From Octopus sinensis (lineage: Eukaryota), in the NCBI RefSeq assembly GCF_006345805.1, contig NC_043004.1, forward strand, positions 81,282,001-81,346,000: a stretch of 64,000 bases of DNA, read 5' to 3'. Made by a program: the position numbers and the translations under genes. Shown here in pieces: positions 39,960 to 53,003 of this stretch. The notes beneath the pieces were generated by a model. That model was not told the DNA's origin, did not search any database, and worked only from the letters and a program-made list of their open reading frames with translations. Each line of letters begins with the position of its first letter. Positions within the stretch are counted from its first letter, which is position 1.

Positions 39960-41500
39960 TATATTATATATATATATATATATGCATATATATATATATA
40001 TGTATGTATATACAGACACACATGTATGCATGTAAATGTATACATGTGTTTAAGCATAATGTCGACATTTACACACACACACACATCATATTATTATTCT
40101 GTGTCTCGGTATTCTAAATTCTTCTAATTTAGTTATTCATGTTTTGTTATCTTCCCGAAAACTATCCTCTTTCAATTATTTGCCATGATAGATGGTAACA
40201 CATGCGTGCTACCTAGAATACGATATAGATATATATGTTTTTGGGTTGTCGTGAACGGCTCTTTTATTTCCAACGGTTTTTGTATCTGCCATTTTATCCT
40301 CTCAGAACATTCCCAGGATCTTTTCAGTTTGAAGGCCAGATTTTCTTAATTAACTAAACAATTTGAAACTTCGTATACTGGTAGAATGTGTCAAAAGAAA
40401 ACATAATTGTAAACCAAAATGAAAACGGAATTGTAATTTCTAAGTTTAACGTTGTTTAATAATTCGAATTTTAACCAATGATATTCTTTCTTTCGACCTC
40501 AATTATTTACTGCTTCTCAAAATATTGTTACTGTGACGTAACAGCTATTTTGTGACGTAGTTAACGTAAACATGTAAACAGACCTACAGATTCGTTTGTG
40601 ACGTGAACATCCGCTCATCGTAAACAGCTAAATTCGCTGGCATCGTACACACTTTTTCAGTTCCCTAGAATTATATTTCAAAGAAAATAAAAAGAAAAAG
40701 ATTCATACGCATAAACAACCCATCCTTAGACATCAGAAAATGAGTGTTTAAATTTTTTCCATTGTTTGCATTGCTTACACACACACACATACATACATAC
40801 ACACATACTAAATTACATCGTTGGAGCAGTAATTTATTTATGTATTTTTTGTTATACAATTTATTTTAAAGCTGAATCCCTATCCTGCCATTAACCCTTT
40901 CTTTCTTATATAGTTGAAGAATCTGGGTGTAGGAATTGGGCCAGTATTGAAACTTTTAAACTTCTTGCTCTCTATCTTATGATCTCCGAATTTAAGAATC
41001 TTGTGTTAACTGGGCTCTTATTATTTACTACTCTGACTCTGCCACCACCTCAATGCAAAGACTATCATATCAGAATCAATCATCATCTTCACACCACCAC
41101 TACAACAACCATTACTACAACCTCGAATGCCACCACCACAACCATCTTCTGCAACCACAACCCCAAGATCAATACCAGCATCATAGTCAAAATCACCAAT
41201 TTCACCACCACTACACTCAGCAATGTCTTCAACTCTACCATCCATGAGACATCCTAACATAATCAATGCTACTACTACTATCATCATCATTATCATCATC
41301 ATCCACTGAAGGCACCGCCACCACCACCTCTACAAAAACACCAACACTATAATTTCTGCCATCATACACATCCACTGTCACCACTACACCACCACTGCCA
41401 TGATAACCACATCTATCACCTCCAACACCATTGCCACCACTATCTATGAGACATCCTAAGTTAGAAACTACTTTCACTTTCTAGTTGCTCTTTGAGTTTA

Positions 41501-41896
41501 TCTTTATATATAAAAGAGAGGTTGTGTGTCTGTCTCCTACGATTTAGATTCCTAACTACTCCCACATTTTGCGGTGCAGTTTAACCAAAACCGGGTATCT
41601 TATAGTCGTGATTCATATCGAGCCCTTCTGGGTATTAGCGCGCGTCTACGATGAGTCTACGATTTAAAAAAAATTTACCATCATTTTTTACCATTTTAAT
41701 GCATTTTTTCGATATTATATAAGGGACGTAACTCTCTAAAAATGTCTACGATGAGTCAACGATTAAAAAACAATTTACCATCATTTTTTTCCATTTTTAA
41801 TGCATTTTTTTTGCTATGTTTTGGCTATAACTCTCTAAAAATGCTTATATAGTTATTTCCCTTACAAATCCGAGCAACGCCGGGCGATACTGCTAG
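41501..41896 (+). mobile_element. Non-autonomous Helitron
   Basis: 5' TC, 3' hairpin CCGAGCAACGCCGGG then CTAG, inserted between A and T. Confidence 0.8.
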
Positions 41897-43045
41897 TTAT
41901 ATCTAATCTATCTCTCTAAAAGATGCAAAGCAAGTAGCATTAAATGGTGAATGGATGTGAGCAGAAAGAGAGTAAGTTCCATTCCAGTTTACAACAATTA
42001 TAGAATTATTCTCAAACCATAAATGAAGGGTGGAGAGGAGTGAAGGAGGAGTCAGTTTCCTCTGAGGGGTTACAGAAGTAATAAGCACTGAAAAGTGGAG
42101 TTTGCGTTATTATTTTTGTTTCATAGTTTACAATTATTTCTACAAATTCATTTTGACTTATCTTCAATCATGTTTATAAACGTGACCGCTGTGCCGTCCA
42201 CTATAAACATTGATTAATGTCCTATATTTAAGCGATAGAAAAACACTTCAGCATATTATTTTTGTAGTGAGTTGCGAGGGATCATTTCTATGAACGGGGT
42301 ATCTGTACAAACGGATATGACTACATCATTAATTGTGGAGTCGTTTAAAAACACGATGCAAGATTAGGTCAACATGGAATTTTGAAACAATCATAAATTG
42401 TTCTATATTTTAGAGATGAGGAATTCTGTACAATATTTACATTTTTTACATTGGACGGATATTTGTCCTCATCTTGTTTGTTGCTACCACAAAATTTCGG
42501 CTGATTTACTCTCCAGCCTTCATCAGGTGTCCTGGTAGAATTTTTAATCCAACCCTAGGCTCTAAGGTGCCACGCAGTGTGAATGAACCCGAAACTATGT
42601 GGCTGGTATGGCCTGTCAGGGAGTCACCATTGCTTTCGCGCCTTTTACGTTCTTATCCGTGGGAGACGTCTATATTGCTAAGAGTATAAAAAGTGTGAAA
42701 CCAATGGTAACGTCCTGACTGGTCGTAAACCACAACTACATTAGATATTACTACGATATATCTAAAAAAAACATTTACTTGTCTCAGTCATTCGACATAT
42801 TCTATCGGTTAATTTCGTCGAACTTCTAAGTTGCGGGGATGGAAAGGAAGTCAACAAGCGGTTGTCTGGGACAAGCACGAAGCTAGCCCCCTCCGGCCAC
42901 AAAAAACGTATATACGACGGGCTTTTTTCAGTTTCCATCGTCCAAATCTATTTGACCTAGTGACCAGGCAGCAAAATTCTTGTCACACAGTCACTCCTAC
43001 GCCTATATATATAATATATAATATATATATATATATATATATAAT

Positions 43046-43077
<32 letters not shown>

Positions 43078-43660
43078 GTATATGTATATATATACACGTC
43101 CCGTAGTTAGCGTTTTGGAAAAAGAAACCGATAGAATAAGTGCTAGGGTTCCAAAGAGTAAGTCCTGGGTCGATTTCTATAACTAAAAAAAAACCTTCAA
43201 ACTCTGCTTGTTGTTCTTTCACCTGTCTTCGTCGTTTGTTTTCTGTAAATTTGAACTACACACCACACGCACACACATATATATATATAGGTAAAAGATT
43301 ATGAGTGCGTGCGTTACATAAATAATATCTTCAGGATTAAATAAAAAGACAACAAACGGAAAATATGACATAATCTATATATATATAATTAAAAATAACG
43401 TATTGTAAATAAACAAACGAACACATACTAAATGCACAGGCGAACAGAAAACACACAAGGTCACAAATTCTTCATCAGTTATCAGCAAGAGGAGTCAAAC
43501 GCAATTTCGGGCATTATCGATACTATTGTTTCTTTCGCTGTTCGCAAAAAAGTTCGTATTCATATTTTCGTATTTCGTATTTCCTGTTGTTTACCTTCTG
43601 TGACGTCCTGACCCATATATGCATATGTATATACATATATATGTAAGTATATACATACAC

Positions 43661-43706
<46 letters not shown>

Positions 43707-44227
43707 TATATATATTACTAAACATTACAATTGTTTCGACACATTTTTACACTTGTTCATTGGTGAGATGTTGTGTAATCATTATCACCAATTCAAGGTG
43801 TGAAATGCACCTTCTTTGAGTAAGACTTTATACGAGCTTTTATATAGCATACCACAAGGTTTTACCCGTATATTTACTCGCGTATGTGTGTATATGTATA
43901 AAAGCGGAGCAAGAGTACACACGAAGACAGAAAGTGTCGCTGAAGAGTTCACAGAGGTGTGACGAAAGATTTCCGGACGATAAACATAAATTAGAATAAG
44001 AACAGTAATAAATGAGTGAAAAGGGAATTATATAGTGCGCCTGTTTATTTGGCAAAAAGAGGGAAAAATAACTATCTCGAATATACAACAATATCTGTTT
44101 CAACGCACGGTTTCACATCAAAATCTTGCAGCACCATATATAAAAGGATATTTACAGAAAACAACAAAAGACGAAGACAGGTGCAGGAATAACAAGCAGG
44201 TGCATTAGTTTGACTGAATATATAGAG

Positions 44228-44327
44228 AATACCAACGAGTTCCCTATGGATACCGTATTTATTACAACGAGTGACTTGTAACGAGTTGTAATAAATACGG
44301 TATCCATAGGGAATGAGTTTGGTATTT
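44228..44327. repeat. Hairpin with a 29-bp perfect stem (unclassified element)
   Basis: TTCCCTATGGATACCGTATTTATTACAAC..GTTGTAATAAATACGGTATCCATAGGGAA, plus outer AATACCAA/TTGGTATT. Confidence 0.85.
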
Positions 44328-44552
44328 TTTTATTTATTACACACGAATAAACGACCATATTTTATTAACCCAATAACTAAATTCTTCACGTTTAGTTGTA
44401 ACTTATGAATGACAAAAGTAGTGCCGTCACCGTGACGTCGGGTCATCACCATGGATTGACCAATCAAAAGCAGCGCTCGCAGTATCTGACATATGTTAGA
44501 TACCAAAAATATCTCAAAGTGTTCTCACTCACATGTGTGTAATATATAATAT

Positions 44553-44590
<38 letters not shown>

Positions 44591-44631
44591 GTGTAGGAAG
44601 AAACGAAGATTTAACAAAATTCCTTTTTATT

Positions 44632-44717
44632 ATTTTCTACTATGTTTCAAAGGCTGCAAAGTCCCTAATTCGGATTGAATAAGGAGTCCATTTTGCAGCC
44701 TTCTCTTCAGGAAAATC
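44632..44717 (-). ncRNA. Hammerhead ribozyme, intact core, long helix II (Penelope-type repeat ~44590-45000)
   Basis: AUUUUC-CUGAAGA-GAAGGCUGCAAA..UUUGCAGCCUUU-GAA-AC-AUA-GU-A^GAAAAU; 6-bp helix I, 12-bp helix II, GUA cleavage triplet. Confidence 0.8.
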
Positions 44718-45418
44718 CAGGAACTTAATTCTCCAACAAAATGCACAGCAAGCTTTTCACAAACGCTCAAGAGGAGCCCATGGAATAAATGGCACAAACT
44801 GTCTATCTATATGCGTTGACGCCAGGCTGGGTGAAAGCAGACGAGAATGTCCGTTAAGATAGTTCAAGGTCAGAATCCGGTTAGGAGAAGGGGGGTACAG
44901 GAAAATCAATGTGAATGTATTCTGTATGACTGGTGTTTATATTTGAATTATTTTAAGAATGAGTGCTAGAGTGTTTGAGTGTGAGAAATTGCTTTCATGT
45001 ATGTGTGTGTGCGTCTATGTATGTGTGGCAGTGTGTTTCGAAGGCAGCAAGAGAGAGATATATAGCAGGTATTAATGGTCAAGCAACAGAAAAGACTGTA
45101 TATATATATATAAATTAGAAAAAAAACACCTTTTATCAATTCGTGATATATACGATTTATTTATTATTTTGCACATTACTTAATCATCGGAATATTATTA
45201 TTTTATATTTAATATTTCTATTATATGTATTTTCTAGATGGTGTAATTTAATTGTTCATTTTGAATTGATAAAAGGTGGTTTTTTCTAATTTTATATATG
45301 TATATATATATATTATATTTCGTGAAATTTGAATTAGTATTTCTAAATTGAACTTTTCCCTGTAAGTTATGTATAATATTCCCTCAAATTTTATATATAT
45401 ACACTGTATATATATATG

Positions 45419-45491
<73 letters not shown>

Positions 45492-45534
45492 CTGTATATA
45501 TATATGTGTATGTGTGTGTATATATATATATATA

Positions 45535-45923
45535 TCTTTATATATAAAAGTGAAGTTGTGTGTCTGTCTCCTACGATTTAGATTCCTAACTACTCCCTCA
45601 TTTTGCGGTGCAGTGTAACCAACGGGTATCTTATAGTCGTGATTCATATCGAGCCCTTCTGGGTGCGCACGTCTACGATGAGTTTACGATTTAAAAAAAA
45701 AATTACCATAATTTTTTCCGCATTTTTAATGCATTTTCGCTCGGTTTATATAAGGGAAGTAACTCTCTAAAAATGTATTATTAAATCTCAGAATGTAAAA
45801 AGCTACAGTAACACTCCCCCTTTGTGGTTAGCCATATTGAGATGGCTATTATACTTTACATCTCTAAAAATGCTTATACAGTTATTTCCCTTACAAACCC
45901 AGCAACGCCGGGCGACACTGCTA

Positions 45924-45924
<1 letters not shown>
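45535..45924 (+). mobile_element. Non-autonomous Helitron (same family as 41501)
   Basis: TC...hairpin-CTAG in an A|T target; sequence closely matches 41501-41896. Confidence 0.8.
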
Positions 45925-45961
<37 letters not shown>

Positions 45962-46641
45962 TCTTTTATTCTTTTATTTGTTACAGTCATTTGACTTTGG
46001 CCATGCTGGAGCACTGCCTTTAGTCGAGCAAATCGACTCTAGGGATTATTCTTTGTAAGCCTAGTACTTATTCTATCGGTCTGTTTTTGCCACACACACA
46101 CACACATACATACACACACACACATACATATATACACATACGCACACACACTCACACACGTATACACACATACATCTTGTTGATTCTTGGGAGGGTCATT
46201 ATGCCAATAACGATAGGGTTACACATCTGACCAACTTCGTAATCGATCGTTTGTTTGGTTAAACAATCAAAGTTTTATTTCTTCGTGAAAGTCCGTTCGT
46301 CGCTATTTTTCGCGACCTTTTCAATAGCTTGACCTTTCTCTTCAACGTCTGCCCTGAAATTTGGCCGCGAATTAATCTTATATCTGCGTGCATGCATGCC
46401 TTTCTATGTGTGTGTAGATGTGTGTTTGCTTAGAAGAATAAGGGTGAGAGGAAAGGAGATTATGTGCGTGCGTGCGAGTGTGTATGTGTGTGTGTGTGTG
46501 CGTGCGTATGTGTGTGGTTGTGTGTACACTCGTGTGACTACTTGCATGTGTATGTGTACGTGTGTGTTAGTGTGTGTAGCCATCCATGACTAGGTATGTG
46601 TATGTATAACTGTCTATATACGCACATAGATTTATATGCAA

Positions 46642-46870
46642 GAGGCGGCGAGCTGGCAGAAGCGTTAGCACGCCGGGCGAAATGCTTAGCAGTATTTCGT
46701 CTACGTTCTGAATTCAAATTCCGCCGAGGTCGACTTTGCCTTTCATCCTCTCGGGGTCGATAAATAAAGTACCAGTTTCGCACTGGGTCGATGTAATCGA
46801 CTTAATCCGTTTGTCTCTCCTTGTTTGTCCCCTCTATGTTTAGCCCCTTGTGGGTAGCAAAAGAAATATA
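46642..46870 (+). mobile_element. SINE family B
   Basis: Consensus head and tail. Confidence 0.88.
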
Positions 46871-47138
46871 TATCAAGTATATATGTGAATAGAAGCAGGC
46901 GTGACTGTGTTGTAAGCTGTTCCGGGTTCAGTCCAGCTGCGTGGCACTTTGAGCGGGTGTTTCTACTATAGCCCTGGGTCGACTAAACCCTTGTGAGTAG
47001 ATTTGGTTGACGGAATCTGAAAAAGCTTGTCATATATGTGTTTATCAATAGTTAGCAGAAGCAACAGAGTGACTCGGGGGGCGAGAGTTTCGTTCATTGA
47101 CACTTGTCAAACTACACACAGACACACACAAACACACA

Positions 47139-47177
<39 letters not shown>

Positions 47178-48049
47178 TCACACACACACACATACATATG
47201 CATGAGTGGCTGTGTGGTAAGTAGCCTGCTTACCAACTACATGGTTCTGGGTTCAGCCCCATTACGCGACGCCTTGGTCTTCTACTAGAGCCTCAGGCCA
47301 ACCAAAGCCTTGTGAGTGAATTTGGTAGACGGAAACTGTGTGTGTGTTTGTGTTTGTCCCCCCGATGGTGGCAAGTATATACATAATATTATTGTTCTTT
47401 CTTGCAAAATATATAGAATTACTTTAAAGAAGTGTTCGGGTCGAAACAAGTAAAAGAATAAAAGAAAGAAAAGAAAGAATATATATATATATATATATGT
47501 ACATTTTTACTTTTATATACATATTTATATTTATTGCATATCTTTTACTTTTTTATATTTATATATAACTAGCAGCGATACCCGGCGTTACCCGATTACA
47601 TTCAATTGGAGAATTAGACTTTTCTGTTATATCTTCTGTTATGAACTGGAATATCTATGTTTCGAATTTCATCAAAATTGCAGATGAGGGTTATTTCAAT
47701 CTTTACACACCCTAAAAAATTGTAATCGTGCCACATGTATCCCATAATCCTGATTTTTATGCGCATATTCCAAAATTCCAGTCTTATTTAACTTGTTAAA
47801 AAGATTTTGTTCCTGAAAAATGAAGGTCATGGAGCTCTAAAATGTGAGAGTTAAGGCCCCTGTTGGGGGTGGGCATCTTAATGTCAACCAGAGAAGTTGA
47901 ATTGTTGAAAATCTTTTTAACTTGGGTCTTATATCTATTGTTTGAATTTCTTTGAAATAGGAAATATATGTTCACTGGGTTTGTAAAAGAGCAAAGCTAC
48001 AGGAAACCAAAAGACGAATGATCACAATAAGCAGTCAGTTACCCTACCC

Positions 48050-48530
48050 TAGTCGTTATCACTCCTAATGTAGGATTCCTCACCATCCAGGTGACAGGAA
48101 CAGCCGTAAGATGCATTACAAATCTATAGCAATTGGAAGGGCGTGACCCAACTGAAATCAACATTAACAACTGTTTGACGTGAGAGCTAAGGAGAAATGA
48201 AAGTGTCATCTCTGTAGTTTGCAAATGACCACTATACTGATACGTAACTGGACAGAATAAATTTAAAATCTATAAATGTCTTCGAATAACCAGTCCTCAT
48301 CTGGGAAGGCCTTGAAATCAATGTTACCATCTGGGGACTATGTGTGACCGAGTGATAATAAAAAGACTGAAAGGAGGTCTGCAATCAAATAAATTTTACT
48401 CCACACTTTGCAACTGAATCAGTGGAGGCAAAGATGCCTCTCATTTACTTGACAATTTATGCAGTGTGTATGTCAAAGCAAACTGTTACACTGTTGTACC
48501 ATTGAATTACAAATAATGCTCATCTTTTAT
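48050..48530 (+). pseudogene. Possible Helitron PIF1-helicase remnant
   Basis: GLC..TRVIIKRL resembles GLCNGTRLxxxxL; heavily decayed. A separate Helitron-type 3' end (CTAG plus hairpin) lies on the minus strand at ~47568. Confidence 0.4.
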
Positions 48531-49274
48531 GCTCGGGTAACCCTACAGCTTCCAAGAGCACAACTGTATTCATTTTTGCTTAGATAAAATGACAAAATTG
48601 TAGTTGTTAAGTCCCCATGGAGGGGTCTTTCTAACTTTGTAAGATGAAATTTTATAGATATTACTTCATTTGTGTCTAATGTCTATGGTTAAAATTTCAT
48701 CAACAGCAAAAATATATGAATTGTCATGGGTGTTATGGCCCTTATGCATAGAATATAATTTCCAAATTTCATAAAGATCCATTCAGTACTTTTCACCAAG
48801 TTTTGGATCATAAAAGAAATTACTAAAATTTGGGATTTAAGGCTCCCATTAGGGTGTTTTATATATATATATATATATAGTAAGGAAAAATTTTTTTAAA
48901 AATGCAGAATGCTCAAATGAAAGAAAATTTTAATAAAATGAGAAAATGATAAAATATATAAATATATATTTATTCAACCGGTTTTGGTCATTGTATGACT
49001 TGTCAAGAATATTTATGTTTTAAGAAGTTATTTTAAAAATTAGAAAGGGGAAAAAAAGAAAATTGCATTGTTTTTTGTAAAAGAATAATGATAAAAATGT
49101 ACAAAAATTAAAAAATAAGTTCTCCGATACATTGTGAGTTCGTTGTGTATCTTGAGTTTTATGGTTGTTTACCAAAAAATTACCTTGAGGTGTTAAGATC
49201 CAAAGGGATTAAGAGCATGTGATGTGTTGTGTTGTTAAATTCAGCATGTTGCAGGACAGGAAGTAGTAGTAATC

Positions 49275-49306
<32 letters not shown>

Positions 49307-49603
49307 GATACACACACACATGCACACATACAAAGATAAATTGATAGATACAACTGAGTGAGCAAACAAAAATATGAGACACAGCCTAGTGCTTTTTTAT
49401 GTTGATAAGCCTAGTACTTACTCTATTAGTTTGTTCTTGTGAAACCAGTAAGTTATGTGGATGTAAATAAGTGAACAGCAGTTGTGAAGCAGTGATGAGG
49501 GCGAAACACAGAGACAAAGACACACACACATACACTTACATATATACATACATATATATACGATTTATTTGTTACAGTTCCTGTCTACGAAATCCATATA
49601 TAT

Positions 49604-52308
49604 TGTTGTTGGCATCCTTTTTGTCTCGGGAGACAATGGAGTTGCGCATAAAATATTCTTGTCCGGCTTTTACATTTCATGTCCTAATACATCTCTTGCT
49701 GTGGCTGTGTAGTCCTATCCGGGACAAACACTCCCTCTGGCAGGTGCCGTAAATGTAGCGAAGACTTTGCCTGACTGGTTGTAATGTCATAGTTTCTTGT
49801 TGACGTCTTTTCTTGTCTTTCCATTTCTCCTTTCTCACTATGTCACTCCTTTGTGTTCCCTCTTTCACGGTACGTCGCCAATCTCCACAGTTGCTGGCAA
49901 CTGCTTCCCAGTTGGTAATATTGATGTTGCAGGTATTCATGTCCCTTTTGCAAACATCCTTGTATCGTAAGAACGGTCTTCCCACAGACCTAGTGCCCCT
50001 AGCAAGCTCTCCATTGAGTACGTCCTTGGGGATTCCGCCATCTTCCATACGGCTAACATGTCCAAGCCATCTCATACGTCTTTGTGTGAAGAGTGCAAAC
50101 ATGCTTGGTATTCCTGCTTGCTTGAGGACATCTTTGTTAGGGACATGATTCTGCCATTTGATGCGATGGATTTTCCGGAGACAGCGCAGGTGAAAGATAT
50201 TTAGGCGACGTATGGCGTCGTATGGCGTGTGTATGGCGTCAAAGTCATACAGTAGAGTGCTAAGTACACATGCCTGGTAAATCTTCATTTTTGTGGTCTT
50301 GGTCAGCTTATTGTTGTCCCATGCGCGTTTGGTGAGTTGGGCCATCACAGCAGCTGCCTTGCCAATGCGTATATTGAGCTCAGCATCAAGGGATAGGTTG
50401 TAGGTGACGGTAGAGCCAATATAGATAAACTTCTCCACCTCCTATACTCTGTGGTCTCCAATATGTATGTTTGGGATGTCCGATGTAGCCTGACCCATGA
50501 TGTTGTGGTCTTGAGGCTGATAACTAAGCCAAAGTTGCCAAATGCTTGCTCAAAACAGTTGCTGTGCCTTCGTAGGGCTTCTTCTGTGTGTGATACCAGA
50601 GCGGCATCATCAGCAAATAGCATCTCCTTGATCAGGATGCTTCTGAAATTTTGGTCTTGGCACGCAGACGCGAGAGATTGAACAGTTCCCCATCACTTCT
50701 ACTGTGCAGAAACACTCCATCATCTGATGTCTCAAAGGAATGTGACAGCAGCAGCGAGAAGAAGATGCCAAATAATGTAGGAGCAAGGACACAACCTTGC
50801 TCTACCCCATTTTTATTTGGAAGGCGGCTGACGTTGAACCATTGTGCTGTATGGTGCCTTGCATATTAGTATGGAATGATTTGATGATCCTCAGCAGCTT
50901 TGGTGAACATCCGATTTTTTGGAGCAGGATGAAGAGGCCTTTTCTACTTACCAAGTCAAAGCCCTTTGTCAGATCAATGAAGGCCATATATAATGGCATG
51001 TTCTGCTCTCTGGACTTCTGAAGTTGGCGTATGGAGAATATCATGTCAATAGTTGATCTGCTTCTAAAGCCACACTGCGATTCTGGATAAATTCGAGAAG
51101 CAATTAGTTGCAGCCTGGACAGGATAATGCAAGCAGAGGCCTTTCCAACTGTGCTTAGAAGAGATATTCCACGGTAATTGTTACAATCCTCACGGTCACT
51201 TTTATTTTTGTAAAGCGTAATGATGTTAGCATCCCGCATATTCTGAGGGACTGTACCCTCTTACTTGCACTGACACAGAAGCTCATGAATGTGCCGAAGC
51301 AGGATGGTGTTTTTGCCGGTTTTGATGATCTCTAAGGGGATGCCGTCTTTTCCCGGAGCCTTGTTACTTGCTAGGGAGTCAATAGATTTGGTGAGCTCTG
51401 CTATAGATGGCAGACTGTCAAGTTCACACATGACTGGCAAGATCTTGACACCCTCGATTGCAGCCTCAGCTACCGTGGTCTCTCGTGAGTAGAGATCCTG
51501 GTAGTACTCCATCCATCTATCCATTTGCTTGCTTTGGTCCCTGATGAGATCTCCAGTAGTTGATTTCAGAGGGGCTGAGGTATTTGCGGATGGACCGAGG
51601 GCCTTCTTCAAACCGGCATACATCCTACGGGTGTCGCCACTGTCAGCAGCTGACTGGATACTCTGACAGATTTCCTTTCAATACCCATTTGCATAGCGTC
51701 TGGCAGTCAGTTGGGTTTTATTTCTTGCCTTTCTGAGTTCTTCGTGTGACTTTGTAGAAGAACCACTCTTGTATTGCATCAGAGCTGTACGCTTTGCTTC
51801 GATAACTGGTTCCAGCTCTGAGAGCGCAGCACTGAACAAAATCTGGGTTTTACCTTTCTCTCATTCCGAAAGTATCTATTGATGTGGTATACAAAGCTTC
51901 CCTGATATAATTCCACCTACTTTCAGCAGATGTTGGGCAGCTACTGAGGGCAACCTTGATAAAAACAGCAAAACATTGTCGCAGTATAGGGTTCGAGGTT
52001 CTGGCAGTGTTAATGCGTGGTTGGCTAATTTTCTTGGAGTGATGGACTTTTTAGGCAGAATCCTCACCCTTCTTATTAGTGAATGATCTGTCTCACAATC
52101 CGCGCTACGGGTCAGTTGAACAGAATTCAGAAAGGATCTTCGTGTAAAGATGAGATCCAACTGATGCCAGTGGTGAGATCTTGGATGTCTCCAAGATGCC
52201 TTGTGGGATGTCTTGTTGGGAAAGAATGTGTTGGTGATGCACAGGTTATGGTATGTGCAAAATTCAAGTAGTCTCTGGCTATTGTCATTCATGTTGCCAA
52301 TACTAAAA
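49604..52308 (-). mobile_element. RTE-clade LINE, 2.7 kb, 5'-truncated (APE C-part, RT, C-terminal zinc motif), disabled
   Basis: HWHQLDLIF..DCETDH (APE); NYRGISLLS, PESQCGFR, AFIDLTKGFD, MLFADDAAL (RT); CQRECLSRIGLHSH; 3'UTR CCATTGTCTCCCGAGACAAAAAGGATGCC(AAC)n; 77-bp flanking direct repeat. Confidence 0.95.
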
Positions 52309-52375
52309 CACATACACTTACATATATACATGCATATATATACGATTGATTTGTTTCAGTTCCTGTCCACGAAAT

Positions 52376-52430
<55 letters not shown>

Positions 52431-53003
52431 CATATATATATATGTACACACACACAAAGATAAATTGATAGATACAACTGAGTGGGCAAACAAAAATGTG
52501 AGACACTGCGTAGAGCGTTTTTAAATTTTGATAAGCCTGGTACTTATTCTATCAGTTTCTTCTTGTGAAACCAGTATGTTATGGGGATGTAAATAAACGA
52601 ACACCAGTTGTGAAGCAGTGATGAGGGAGAAACACAAAGACACATATACAGACTTACATACATACATACATACATACGTATATATACGATTGATTTCTTT
52701 CAGTTTCTGTCTACAAAATCCACTGACAAGGCTTTGGTTGGTCTCAGGCTATAGTAGAAGACACATGCCAAGTTACCACACAGTGGGACTGAACTGAGAA
52801 CCATGCGTTTTGGAACCATAAGAATACTTATGCATAAATCTAAAATCTTAAATAATTTCTTTGTTATTGTAGTATATATCAGTAAAAAATGGAATATTCC
52901 CAAAATTGCATGATTAACTAAATGATTTCCATTTCTTATTTAAACGTGGCAATCCTCTTGAAAAAAAAATTGTGAACCCGATAGGAGGTTTGAGTTCGGT
53001 AGG

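Noticed and set aside
40979-41477. Thr/His-rich ORFs (also 4775-5160)
   Set aside because: Degenerate (ACC/CAT)n low-complexity DNA, with no splice signals or domain.
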